A DNA stretch of 44,444 nt from Gemmatimonadota bacterium (GTDB taxonomy: Bacteria; Gemmatimonadota; Gemmatimonadetes; Palauibacterales; Palauibacteraceae). Of the stretch, positions 34,101-42,030 are shown piece by piece (the first letter of the stretch is position 1; each line of letters opens with the position of its first letter). The notes below the pieces were generated by a model that saw nothing but the letters and a program-made list of their open reading frames with translations, was not told the origin of the DNA and made no database searches. Location: positions 1-44,444 of the forward strand of contig JBDGUZ010000002.1 in NCBI GenBank assembly GCA_039585915.1, given 5' to 3'. Position numbers and translations under genes: made by a program.

Positions 34101-36267
34101 GATCGGGGTTCTCCCGTCCCTGCTGCTCAAGAAGGAAAACTACCGGACGATGGCGGGTGGCGACGGCGCCTGCATGGGGTGCGGGGAGAAGACCGCCGTG
34201 CACCTGATCGTGTCGGCCGTCGAGTCGCTCATGCAGCCGCGCGTGGAGGCGTTCGTCGGTGAGCTCGACGAGCTGATAGGCGCTCTCGACCGCAAAGCCC
34301 GAGAACTCCTGTCGGCCGATGCGGATCTCGATCTGGCCGCCGCGGCCGAGGGCGAAGCGCCCGTCCCGCTCGACCAGGCGAAGCGCGAAAAACTCGGGGG
34401 ACTGGTAGCGGCGAAGAATGCGCTGGAGGACCTCCGGTGGCGCTACGTCGAAGGTCCGGGAGGCAAGGGACGAGCGAACCTCGGGATCAGCAACAGTACG
34501 GGTTGTTCTTCGGTGTGGGCCTCGACGTACCCGTATAACGCGTATCCGTATCCGTGGGTCAACCATCTGTTCCAGGACGCCCCGTCTGTGGCAGTCGGGC
34601 TCTTCGAGGGCCACATGCGGAAGATGGCGGACGGATTCCGTCACGTGCGCCGGGCCCGATTGCTGGCATCTGATGAGTACGACGCGGTCACGCACGAGCC
34701 GGAACTCGCCGTGCTGGACTGGCAGGAGTTCACCGACACCGAATTCGATCTCTGTCCGCCGATCACAGCGATCGGCGGCGATGGCGCGATGCTAGACATC
34801 GGCTTCCAGAATCTCTCCCGCCTGCTTGCGTCCGGAAAGCCGATCCGCGTCATCGTGCTCGACACCCAGGTCTACTCGAATACGGGCGGACAGGCGTGCA
34901 CGAGTGGATTCACCGGCCAGGTCTCGGACATGGCCGCGTACGGAAAGGCCCAGCACGGCAAGGAGGAGGTTCGCAAAGAGCTGTCGCTGATCGCGATCGC
35001 GCACCGCGGCGCTTTCGTCCTGCAGTCGTCTCAGGCGTCGGCGTCGCACATGATCGGTGGAGTGATCCGCGGACTGCAGACGCCCCGGCCGACCGTATTC
35101 AACATCTACACGCCGTGTCCGGTGGAGCACGGGCTCGCTGACGAAATGGCCCCCAATGCCGCCCGCTTCGCGCTCGAGAGCCGGGCGTTCCCGTTCCTCA
35201 TCTACGATCCGGATCAGGGCCCGACGATCGCCGACTGCCTGGACCTGTCCGGCAATCCGTCACTCGAAGACAACTGGCCGACCTACGACCTGGAGTACCT
35301 CGACGACGAGGGAGCTGAGCAGACGCTCGAACTTCCAGTCACTACGGCGGACTGGGCCGCGACGGAGGGCCGGTTCAAGAAGCACTTCCGCACGATCCGG
35401 CGGGACGACTGGGACGATGACGCGCAGGTCCTGTTCCACGAGTTCGTGGCGATGTCCGAAGAAGCGCGGGTCGGGAAGACACCGTTCGTCTGGACGATCA
35501 ATGAAGGCCGGAAGCTCAACCGTCTGGCGGCCTCTCTGGAGATCGTGACCTTGGCCGAGGACCGGCTCCTGTTCTGGGCGCAGCTCAAGGAGCTGGCCGG
35601 ATTGCAGGTTCCGGCATCGGTGAGAGAGTCGATCGCTTCCGAGATGGAGGAGGAATTCGAGGCGCGAGTCGCCGAGCTCCGGGCGGATTACGAGCAAACG
35701 ATCAACGAGCTGAAGACGAGCGTTCCGCCTCTGGTGGCGCGGCGTCTTGCCGAGGGGCTCCTGCGCTCCGGGAACGGCAAGCTGACCGTGTCCGAGCTGC
35801 TCGGCCGGGCGCGCGTTGAGCCCGGGCTCCAACCGGTGACCGCTGATTCGATCGCCGGGGCCGCGAGCATGATCGGTGACGGCGCCGCGACAGCACCCGC
35901 TGCGACTCCGGCGCCGGTTGTGGCGCAGCCGGTTTCCGATGTGGTGGAAGCCGCGGTCGGACCCGAGACAGCCGCCGAGCCGGCCGTCGAGGAAGGTGCG
36001 GAAGACGATGACGATTTCGTCATGGAGCCGTACATCGAGACCGCGCGCTGCACCTCGTGCGACGAGTGCATCAACATCAACAAGAAGATGTTCGCATACA
36101 ACGACGCCAAGCAGGCGTACATCAAGGACTCGAAAGCCGGGAGTTTCGCGGAGATCGTCCAGGCCGCAGAGAAGTGCACCGCGGAGATCATTCACCCGGG
36201 CACTCCGCTCAATCCGAAGGAGAAGAACCTGGAGAAGTGGATCGAGCGCGCGGCGCCGTTCAACTGA
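31156..36267 (+). CDS. nifJ: Giant single-polypeptide pyruvate:ferredoxin (flavodoxin) oxidoreductase-family enzyme (1703 aa) with C-terminal ferredoxin-like domain
   Basis: ATG at 31156 overlaps the rnfB TAA (TAATG). Domain I: AYPITPSTQMGE. Domain III: IHSVGGWGAITMGKN...YGSEKKGQPT. Domain V has two CxxCxxCxxxCP motifs, starting at 33529 and 33937. Domain VI: GGDGACMGCGEK, NSTGCSSVW, GGDGAMLDIGFQNL. The extra C-terminal CxxCxxC...C module spans 36049-36177. Confidence 0.9.
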   Translation: MIKRKDKKTDTPKAEVRYPGIQTAMDGSAAVVAMETAGSEAAGAYPITPSTQMGEGWAAARAAGKMNVNGRPLLFFEPEGEHAAAGVTAGMSMTGLRATNFSSGQGIAYMHESLYAAVGKRLTYVLNVAARAMTKHALNVHAGHDDYHAVDDTGFFQLFAKDVQGIADLNLIAHRIAELALNPGLVAQDGFLTSHVIETLRLPERELIREYLGDPADIIDSPTPAQVLTFGDTRRRIPEMFDLDYPALLGSVQNQDSYMQGVAAQRPFYFDHVEALTDQAMREYEKLTGRKYERATGYRLDDAEWVLAGQGSVVSNAEAVADFLRDERGLKVGVLDVTMFRPFPTDRIAELLRGKKGVTVLERTDQPLAVDNPLLKEVRAAMAKAVENGRANGGRAPHPDIPAIRANDVPEFYSAGFGFGSRDLQPADLVLSIDNMLPDGEGRRFYYLGIDFVREGTHLPKLEIWQEKLLEAYPDLAGGAAVPEQNLNLLPKNSIAIRIHSVGGWGAITMGKNIVLTSHELAGYHVKANPKYGSEKKGQPTTFYGILSPEPVRLNGELKNVDIVLSPDPNVFRNSSPLAGMEPGGVFVIQSERSAEELWASFPPAARQMIRENDIKVFALDAFKIASEEASDAELRYRMQGTAFLGAFFRVSPVMEREGLDEEALFAGIRAQIEKKFGHLGERVVEDNVRVIRRGFDELFEVEVPDEAVVGSEVMAEAAVGTIPTLLDNPNQMPGIGNQGRFWEQVCSLCGIDQDVIADPFAAISAIPAATSTVRDMSDIRFEVPDFVASKCTGCSQCWTQCPDAAIPGVVNSVEDVITTAIRTAQNGESLDRIQSVSGNLAREARKVLKAVPFTTFGETVSTAYKNMAEKLPWDAERKKALDEEFSAVYSVLADFPLAKTVPFFDVPEGKEKGAGGLLSITVNPEACKGCNICVDVCADGALVTAHQTDDLLDQLRRNWVTWENLPDTADRFINIRSIEEGIGVLPSLLLKKENYRTMAGGDGACMGCGEKTAVHLIVSAVESLMQPRVEAFVGELDELIGALDRKARELLSADADLDLAAAAEGEAPVPLDQAKREKLGGLVAAKNALEDLRWRYVEGPGGKGRANLGISNSTGCSSVWASTYPYNAYPYPWVNHLFQDAPSVAVGLFEGHMRKMADGFRHVRRARLLASDEYDAVTHEPELAVLDWQEFTDTEFDLCPPITAIGGDGAMLDIGFQNLSRLLASGKPIRVIVLDTQVYSNTGGQACTSGFTGQVSDMAAYGKAQHGKEEVRKELSLIAIAHRGAFVLQSSQASASHMIGGVIRGLQTPRPTVFNIYTPCPVEHGLADEMAPNAARFALESRAFPFLIYDPDQGPTIADCLDLSGNPSLEDNWPTYDLEYLDDEGAEQTLELPVTTADWAATEGRFKKHFRTIRRDDWDDDAQVLFHEFVAMSEEARVGKTPFVWTINEGRKLNRLAASLEIVTLAEDRLLFWAQLKELAGLQVPASVRESIASEMEEEFEARVAELRADYEQTINELKTSVPPLVARRLAEGLLRSGNGKLTVSELLGRARVEPGLQPVTADSIAGAASMIGDGAATAPAATPAPVVAQPVSDVVEAAVGPETAAEPAVEEGAEDDDDFVMEPYIETARCTSCDECININKKMFAYNDAKQAYIKDSKAGSFAEIVQAAEKCTAEIIHPGTPLNPKEKNLEKWIERAAPFN

Positions 36268-36305
36268 TGCCAGCGTGACTCACGGCCACCGCTGACGGGG
36301 AGACG

Positions 36306-37652
36306 ATGCTCAGCGACCTGTTCCGCTCCGATACGTTCCGGCACGGAGTGCACCCGCCGGAACGGAAGTCATATACCGAGTCGATCAAGATCCGGCGGAT
36401 GCCGTTCCCGGATGAGATCGTCCTGCCGCTGCGTCAGCACGCGGGACGTCCGGCGATTCCGCTCGTCAAACGGGGAGACCGCGTCGAGCGGGCTGACAAG
36501 GTAGGGGAAGCCGACGGCTTCATTTCGGTCCCGATTCATACGTCGGCCGCCGGAACGGTCAGGGACGTCACTTTGTGGCCGCACCCCGACGGCAGCATGG
36601 CGGAAAGCGTCGTGATCGAGGTCGACCGGTGGTCTCCCCAGGTTCCACGCCCCCGGATCGTGGCCCAATGGGAAGGCCTCGAGCCGGACCAGGTCGTGAA
36701 GGAAGTGCAGAAAGCGGGCGTCGTGGGTCTCGGCGGCGCCGCCTTCCCGACGCACGTCAAGCTCCTGCCGCCGAAGGACATGCAAGTCCATACGCTGATC
36801 GTCAACGGGGCCGAGTGCGAGCCGTACCTGACGACGGACCACCGCACGATGGTGGAGTTTTCGGAGCGGGTGCAGTTCGGAATCCGGATCATGATGAAAG
36901 CGCTCGGGGTTGAGCGGACGATCATCGGGGTCGAGAAGAACAAGCCCGACGCGATCGAGCGTCTTCGAGCCACGCTGCCCGACGACCTCGACGTCACGGT
37001 TCTCCCCCTGACGGTGAAGTACCCGCAGGGCGCTGAGAAAATGCTGATCGACGTCGTCACCGGACGCGAAGTGCCTTCGGGAAAGCTCCCGATGAACGTC
37101 GGCGTGGTAGTGCAGAACGTGGGATCGATCGCCTGCATCGCCGAGATCTTCGACACGGGGCAGCCGCTGATCGAGAGGGTCGTGACCGTCACCGGTCCGG
37201 GAGTCCGGCGACCGTCGAACCTCCTGGTTCCGGTAGGAGCGAAGCTGCGCGACGTGCTCGAGTTCTGTGACGGCCTGACGGACGACGCGTCGCAGATCAT
37301 CTTCGGCGGCCCGATGATGGGGGCGGCAACGCCTGACCTCGAGACACCGTTGATCAAAGGGACCACGGGCGTCGTGGTGCTGACGGAGGCCGAGGCCCGG
37401 CCGCCGACCGTGCACCCCTGCATCCACTGCGGCCGCTGCCTCGAATCCTGCCCGGTGTTCCTCAACCCCGCGCTGCTCGGATCGCTGGCCCAGGCCGGGC
37501 GGTTCGAGGAGATGGAGGATTCGCACCTGATGGACTGCATGCTGTGCGGCTCCTGCTCCTACGTCTGCCCGTCGCACATTCCGCTGTCGCAGATGTTCGC
37601 GTTGGGCAAGAACATGCTGCGACGCCAGAAGACGAAGGAGGCGGCGGCGTGA
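36306..37652 (+). CDS. rnfC: Rnf complex subunit C
   Basis: GLGGAAFPTHVKL, IVNGAECEPYLT, and two 4Fe-4S motifs CIHCGRCLESCP and CMLCGSCSYVCP. Confidence 0.93.
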   Translation: MLSDLFRSDTFRHGVHPPERKSYTESIKIRRMPFPDEIVLPLRQHAGRPAIPLVKRGDRVERADKVGEADGFISVPIHTSAAGTVRDVTLWPHPDGSMAESVVIEVDRWSPQVPRPRIVAQWEGLEPDQVVKEVQKAGVVGLGGAAFPTHVKLLPPKDMQVHTLIVNGAECEPYLTTDHRTMVEFSERVQFGIRIMMKALGVERTIIGVEKNKPDAIERLRATLPDDLDVTVLPLTVKYPQGAEKMLIDVVTGREVPSGKLPMNVGVVVQNVGSIACIAEIFDTGQPLIERVVTVTGPGVRRPSNLLVPVGAKLRDVLEFCDGLTDDASQIIFGGPMMGAATPDLETPLIKGTTGVVVLTEAEARPPTVHPCIHCGRCLESCPVFLNPALLGSLAQAGRFEEMEDSHLMDCMLCGSCSYVCPSHIPLSQMFALGKNMLRRQKTKEAAA

Positions 37653-38695
37653 GCGGCCCGGCCCCGGGTTCCGACTCCTCGCGGGAGGAAGAGACCCTCC
37701 TGCGGATTGCCGCTTCCCCGCACGTTCATTCGCCCCATTCCACGCCGCGCATCATGTGGACGGTGACGATCACGTTGATCCCGCTCGTGGCGGCAGCCGT
37801 GTACTGGTTCGGGCCGAGCGCGCTGCTGGTGATCGGAGCGGCGACCGCCGGTGCGGTGATTACGGAACGGATATTCGGACGCCGCGGAGCCCTCGGGGAT
37901 GGATCCGCGGCGATCACGGGCATCCTCCTCGGTTTGATCCTCCCCCCTGGATTCCCGATGTGGATGGCGTTCGTCGGAGGAGCGTTCGGAATCGGATTCG
38001 GGAAGCTGATATTCGGCGGTCTCGGGCAAAACGTATTCAACCCGGCACTGCTCGGACGGGCGTTCCTGCAGGCTGCATTCCCGATCGCGATCACGACCTG
38101 GCCGGCGGAGCAGGCTTCCCGGTGGGCTCTGCGGGGCGACAATTTCGCCCTGCCCCTGATGTCGCCGAATACGGCGGACCTCGTGACAGCCGCCACCCCA
38201 CTCGGGGCCTGGAAGTTCGAAGGTACCGGAACCGAAGTTCTGGACCTGCTGATCGGACGCACGGGTGGCTCTCTCGGTGAGACGTCGGCGTTGCTGATTC
38301 TCGCCCTCGGAGTTTTCCTGGCCGTGAAGAAGTACCTCGACTGGCGGATCCCGGCCTCGATCCTGCTTACTGTCGCAGCGTTCTCGGGTCTGCTGTTCCT
38401 GATCGACGGCTCGCGGTTCCCCAGTCCGATGTTCATGCTGTTCTCCGGCGGGCTGATGCTGGGCGCGGTGTACATGGCGACCGACCTGGTCACATCGCCC
38501 GTCACGCCGCGTGGGGCATGGATTTTCGGAATCGGGATCGGCCTTCTCGTCGTGCTGATCCGGGTGTGGGGAGGCCTGCCAGAGGGCGTAATGTACGCGA
38601 TCCTGCTCATGAACGCGCTGGTTCCGTTCATCAATCGCGCCACTCAGCCTCGCGTGTTCGGACACGAACGGAAGAGAGAGGAGGCGGCAGCGTGA
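37649..38695 (+). CDS. rnfD: Rnf complex subunit D
   Basis: The GTG start overlaps the rnfC stop (GTGA). It is a polytopic membrane protein with ASPHVHS near the N-terminus and a TAATPL flavinylation-type motif. Confidence 0.9.
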   Translation: MSGPAPGSDSSREEETLLRIAASPHVHSPHSTPRIMWTVTITLIPLVAAAVYWFGPSALLVIGAATAGAVITERIFGRRGALGDGSAAITGILLGLILPPGFPMWMAFVGGAFGIGFGKLIFGGLGQNVFNPALLGRAFLQAAFPIAITTWPAEQASRWALRGDNFALPLMSPNTADLVTAATPLGAWKFEGTGTEVLDLLIGRTGGSLGETSALLILALGVFLAVKKYLDWRIPASILLTVAAFSGLLFLIDGSRFPSPMFMLFSGGLMLGAVYMATDLVTSPVTPRGAWIFGIGIGLLVVLIRVWGGLPEGVMYAILLMNALVPFINRATQPRVFGHERKREEAAA

Positions 38696-39471
38696 AGGAG
38701 CTTCCTCAGGTCACTGACAGCACGGGAACGGAGCAGATGCCGGACGGACCCTCGGGCGGGCCGCCGGATGGACCGCCGCAGGCTCCGGAACGACCGGCAA
38801 CATCTTCCGCTCGCCTGATCACTACGCTGGCCACGGCCGGCGGCCTGGCGGGCCTGGTGATCGTGCTGGTGTTCGGCTGGGCGAACCCTCGGATCCAGGC
38901 GTACAGGGCGAAGGTCCTGCGCGAGGCGATTCAGGTAGTCCTGGACAGTCCCGAGACCGTCCGGACCTATTACGTAGTCGACGGAGCGCTGTCCGAGACT
39001 CCGGCCGCCGGGGCTGACACGATCACGGCGGAGAAGGTCCACCTCGGTCTCGACGCGGAAGGGCAGCCGATCGGCTACGCGATCACGGGCCAGGAGCCGG
39101 GCTTTCAGGACTACATACTGGTCATTTTCGGCTACGACCCCGACGCCGACCGCGTGCTCGCCATGAAAGTCCTCGAGAGTAAGGAGACACCCGGCCTGGG
39201 TGACAAGATTTTCAAGGACACGACGTTCGTGGCAGGATTCCGGCAGGCCGCCGCGCCGCTCGAGGGCGTGAAGATAGGGCGCGGAAGCGGAAGCGAGAAC
39301 GAGGTGGACATGATCACCGGCGCGACGATTTCGTCACGCACGGTGATCGGGATCATCAACCACCGGATCGAGGCGCTCGATCCGGTGCTCGGAGCCGCCA
39401 ACGTGGCAGCGACCGCCTCAACGGCGGCTGCCGCGAGCGAGGCGCTCGCCACGCGCAAGGACGGATCATGA
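38692..39471 (+). CDS. rnfG: Rnf complex subunit G (FMN-binding)
   Basis: The GTG start overlaps the rnfD stop (GTGA). It has one TM helix, ETPGLGDKI and the ITGATISSRTV flavinylation motif. The N-terminal Pro/Gly-rich extension is unusually long. Confidence 0.88.
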   Translation: MKELPQVTDSTGTEQMPDGPSGGPPDGPPQAPERPATSSARLITTLATAGGLAGLVIVLVFGWANPRIQAYRAKVLREAIQVVLDSPETVRTYYVVDGALSETPAAGADTITAEKVHLGLDAEGQPIGYAITGQEPGFQDYILVIFGYDPDADRVLAMKVLESKETPGLGDKIFKDTTFVAGFRQAAAPLEGVKIGRGSGSENEVDMITGATISSRTVIGIINHRIEALDPVLGAANVAATASTAAAASEALATRKDGS

Positions 39472-40133
39472 AAGCGACAACGCCGCAACAGGACTTGATC
39501 CGTGGGATCTGGAAGGAAAACCCGGTGCTCGTCCAACTCCTGGGCCTGTGCCCGGCGCTGGCCGTGACGAATACCGTGGCGAACTCCCTCGCAATGGGAA
39601 TCGCGACCTTCTTCGTGCTGGTCGGATCGAGCCTGCTCGTCTCAACGTTCAAGAAGGTGATCCCGCACGAAGTCCGGATTTCCGCCTACATCCTGATCAT
39701 CGCCACGTTCGTGACGATCGCCGACCTCGTGCTGGCTGCCGTGGTACCGCTGATTCACAAGGAACTCGGGGCGTTCATCGCATTGATCGTCGTGAACTGC
39801 ATGATCCTGGGCCGGCAGGAGGCGTTCGCCTCCAGGCGGCCAATCGGCAGGTCGCTGCTCGACGCGGTCGGCACCGGCACCGGATTCATGATCGCGTTGC
39901 TGATGATGGGCACGTTCCGGGAGATTCTCGGCAACGGCTCGATCCTCGGCGTCAGCCTGTTCGGAGATGGGTTCGAGCCCTGGGTGATCTTCATTCTTCC
40001 GCCGGGCGGATTCCTCACGCTCGGGTTCATCCTGCTCGCCTTCGGCTGGTGGGAGGAGCGGAAGTCAGAGACGATCCGGGTTCGCCAGTGGCCTCACGGC
40101 GTCGCGACTCCTTCCAGGGAGGAGGCGGCGTAA
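39468..40133 (+). CDS. rnfE: Rnf complex subunit E
   Basis: NPVLVQLLGLCPALAVT, a polytopic membrane protein, with an ATGA overlap with rnfG. Confidence 0.92.
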   Translation: MKATTPQQDLIRGIWKENPVLVQLLGLCPALAVTNTVANSLAMGIATFFVLVGSSLLVSTFKKVIPHEVRISAYILIIATFVTIADLVLAAVVPLIHKELGAFIALIVVNCMILGRQEAFASRRPIGRSLLDAVGTGTGFMIALLMMGTFREILGNGSILGVSLFGDGFEPWVIFILPPGGFLTLGFILLAFGWWEERKSETIRVRQWPHGVATPSREEAA

Positions 40134-40708
40134 TGGGCGAGTTGTTCTGGATCCTGATCTCGGCGATGCTGATCAGCAACTTCACGCTGAGCCTGTTCCT
40201 CGGTCTCTGTCCGTTCATGGGCGTGTCCGCCCGGGTCGAAACGGCGCTGCGGATGGGACTCGCCAACATCTTCGTGCTGGTGATCACATCGATATGCGCG
40301 TGGGTGCTGAATACGTATGTCCTGCCCCATGCCCCATACCTGCGAGTCATCTCGTTCATCGTCGTGATCGCCTCGCTGGTGCAGATCGTGGAGATGGCGA
40401 TCAAGAAGATCAGCCCGACCCTGTTCAGGGAGCTCGGGATCTTCCTTCCACTGATCACGACGAACTGCGCGATCCTCGGATTCGCCATCTTTCAGACGAA
40501 CCGCGGGTACGACTTCCTCGAGGGGCTGTCATTCGCGATCGGCGCGGGGCTCGGCCTCACGCTCGCCCTCGTGTTGATGGCTTCGATCCGAGAGACCTCG
40601 GAGCTGTCCAGCATTCCGGCGGTGGCTCGAAACATGGGCCTCGTCCTGATTATCGCCGGCAGTCTTTCCCTCGCGTTCATGGGGTTCGCGGGGTTGTTCA
40701 GTACCTGA
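40133..40708 (+). CDS. rnfA: Rnf complex subunit A
   Basis: ATG overlaps the rnfE TAA (TAATG). NFTLSLFLGLCPFMGVS, a polytopic membrane protein of 191 aa. Confidence 0.92.
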   Translation: MGELFWILISAMLISNFTLSLFLGLCPFMGVSARVETALRMGLANIFVLVITSICAWVLNTYVLPHAPYLRVISFIVVIASLVQIVEMAIKKISPTLFRELGIFLPLITTNCAILGFAIFQTNRGYDFLEGLSFAIGAGLGLTLALVLMASIRETSELSSIPAVARNMGLVLIIAGSLSLAFMGFAGLFST

Positions 40709-40730
40709 GCCCGCAGGAGGCGACTGGACC

Positions 40731-40919
40731 TTGGAGACCGCCCTGGGCATACTGGGACTCGCCGCGCTGTTCGTGGCGTTCGGGATCTTCCGGCCCGGCT
40801 CGCACCGGGGGTGCGGTGGAGACTGCGGCGGATCCTGTTCGTCCGACCCGGCTTCGTGCGACGCAATGCCGCGCGCCAACGATTCGCTGCCGGGGATGTC
40901 TGCCGGGAAGGAGAGCTGA
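40731..40919 (+). CDS. Small membrane protein with Cys-rich tail (FeoB-associated Cys-rich-like architecture)
   Basis: TTG start with AGGAGG 10 nt upstream. One TM helix (ALGILGLAALFVAFGIF) is followed by CGGDCGGSCSS..C. Third-position GC is high. Confidence 0.55.
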   Translation: METALGILGLAALFVAFGIFRPGSHRGCGGDCGGSCSSDPASCDAMPRANDSLPGMSAGKES

Positions 40920-41140
40920 TGGACAAGCACCTCGCCTACTGCTCCGCGTGCGACCGCCAGGTCGAGGTCGTCGTGAATCGGGGCGCTCGCACGAACCCCA
41001 CCACCGGGGAGAAGGAAGACGAAGTCATCTGCCTGGAGATGGGTGAGTCGTGCACGGGCTCAATGTGTCCGATGTGCGACGTGCCTGCCGATGACATGAA
41101 GCAGAGCCTCGAGCGACTCCGCGAGTCGGAAGGAAGCTGA
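40919..41140 (+). CDS. Small Cys-rich (zinc-ribbon-like) protein
   Basis: ATGA overlap with the previous ORF. CxxC (CSAC) ... C..C ... CxxC (CPMC), 73 aa. The track ORF 40811..41140 is the same frame extended upstream. Confidence 0.5.
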   Translation: MDKHLAYCSACDRQVEVVVNRGARTNPTTGEKEDEVICLEMGESCTGSMCPMCDVPADDMKQSLERLRESEGS

Positions 41141-41147
41141 TTCTCAG

Positions 41148-41429
41148 ATGCAGGTAGAGCCGATTGATGTCATTCCGCTGGTGGGGATCGTCATGGGATC
41201 CCTTACCGTGCTCGTGCCGGTCAGCCTGATTGCGCTCAGGTTTGCGATCAAACCGATCGCGGAGGCGATCGCGATATCGCGCTCGGGCACACCGCCGGCC
41301 GAGTTAAATATCATGAAGGAGCGCATCGCCCTGCTCGAGCAGCAGGTGTCGGGCATCGATTCGGAAGTCAATCGGATCTCCGACGCCGTGGACTTCCAGG
41401 ACCGTCTGCTGAAGTCTGACGGTCCATAG
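41148..41429 (+). CDS. Small single-TM protein with C-terminal coiled coil (PspB-like architecture)
   Basis: ATG lies 7 nt after the upstream stop. One TM helix (VIPLVGIVMGSLTVLVPVSLIAL) is followed by MKERIALLEQQVSGIDSEVNRI. Confidence 0.55.
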   Translation: MQVEPIDVIPLVGIVMGSLTVLVPVSLIALRFAIKPIAEAIAISRSGTPPAELNIMKERIALLEQQVSGIDSEVNRISDAVDFQDRLLKSDGP

Positions 41430-41466
41430 CCATAATCTGAGCCGCACACACGATCCGAAGAACTGA

Positions 41467-41748
<282 letters not shown>

Positions 41749-41799
41749 GTCCCGCCCGCGGGGGGGGTTGGCCTCCCCGGGGGTCGGTGTTATTCTCCA

Positions 41800-42030
41800 T
41801 TTAGATCGTCCCGATCGGTGCGGTCAAGGCAGGCGTTCGACGCAAGTCCGGTGTGGCTGCGCACCAGACCAGGCGTCGGCCTGGTCACTCAAGGGACCGG
41901 TTCATTACGGCTTGCCCCCGCCCGATTCTTCATGCCGTGACGCGGCTCGAATAGACCGCTCCGTGTCACGTTTCTTGCCCTCGGGAAGGACGACTGTACC
42001 AGGACCAGACCACACATCCCACCCCAATTC
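41800..42030 (+). promoter_or_regulatory. Structured 5' leader of the TonB-dependent receptor gene; possible (variant) cobalamin-type riboswitch, unverified
   Basis: Perfect helices read directly: 41817-41822/41860-41865 (ggtgcg/cgcacc), 41867-41873/41880-41886 (gaccagg/cctggtc), and a terminator-like hairpin 41936-41970 followed by TTTCTT. Blocks AAGGGACCGG...CGGCUUGCCCCCGC (about 41890-41921) and GGGAAGG (41982-41988) are collinear with the cobalamin riboswitch core. The B12-box match (ACCAGGACCAGACC) is poor. Confidence 0.3.
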
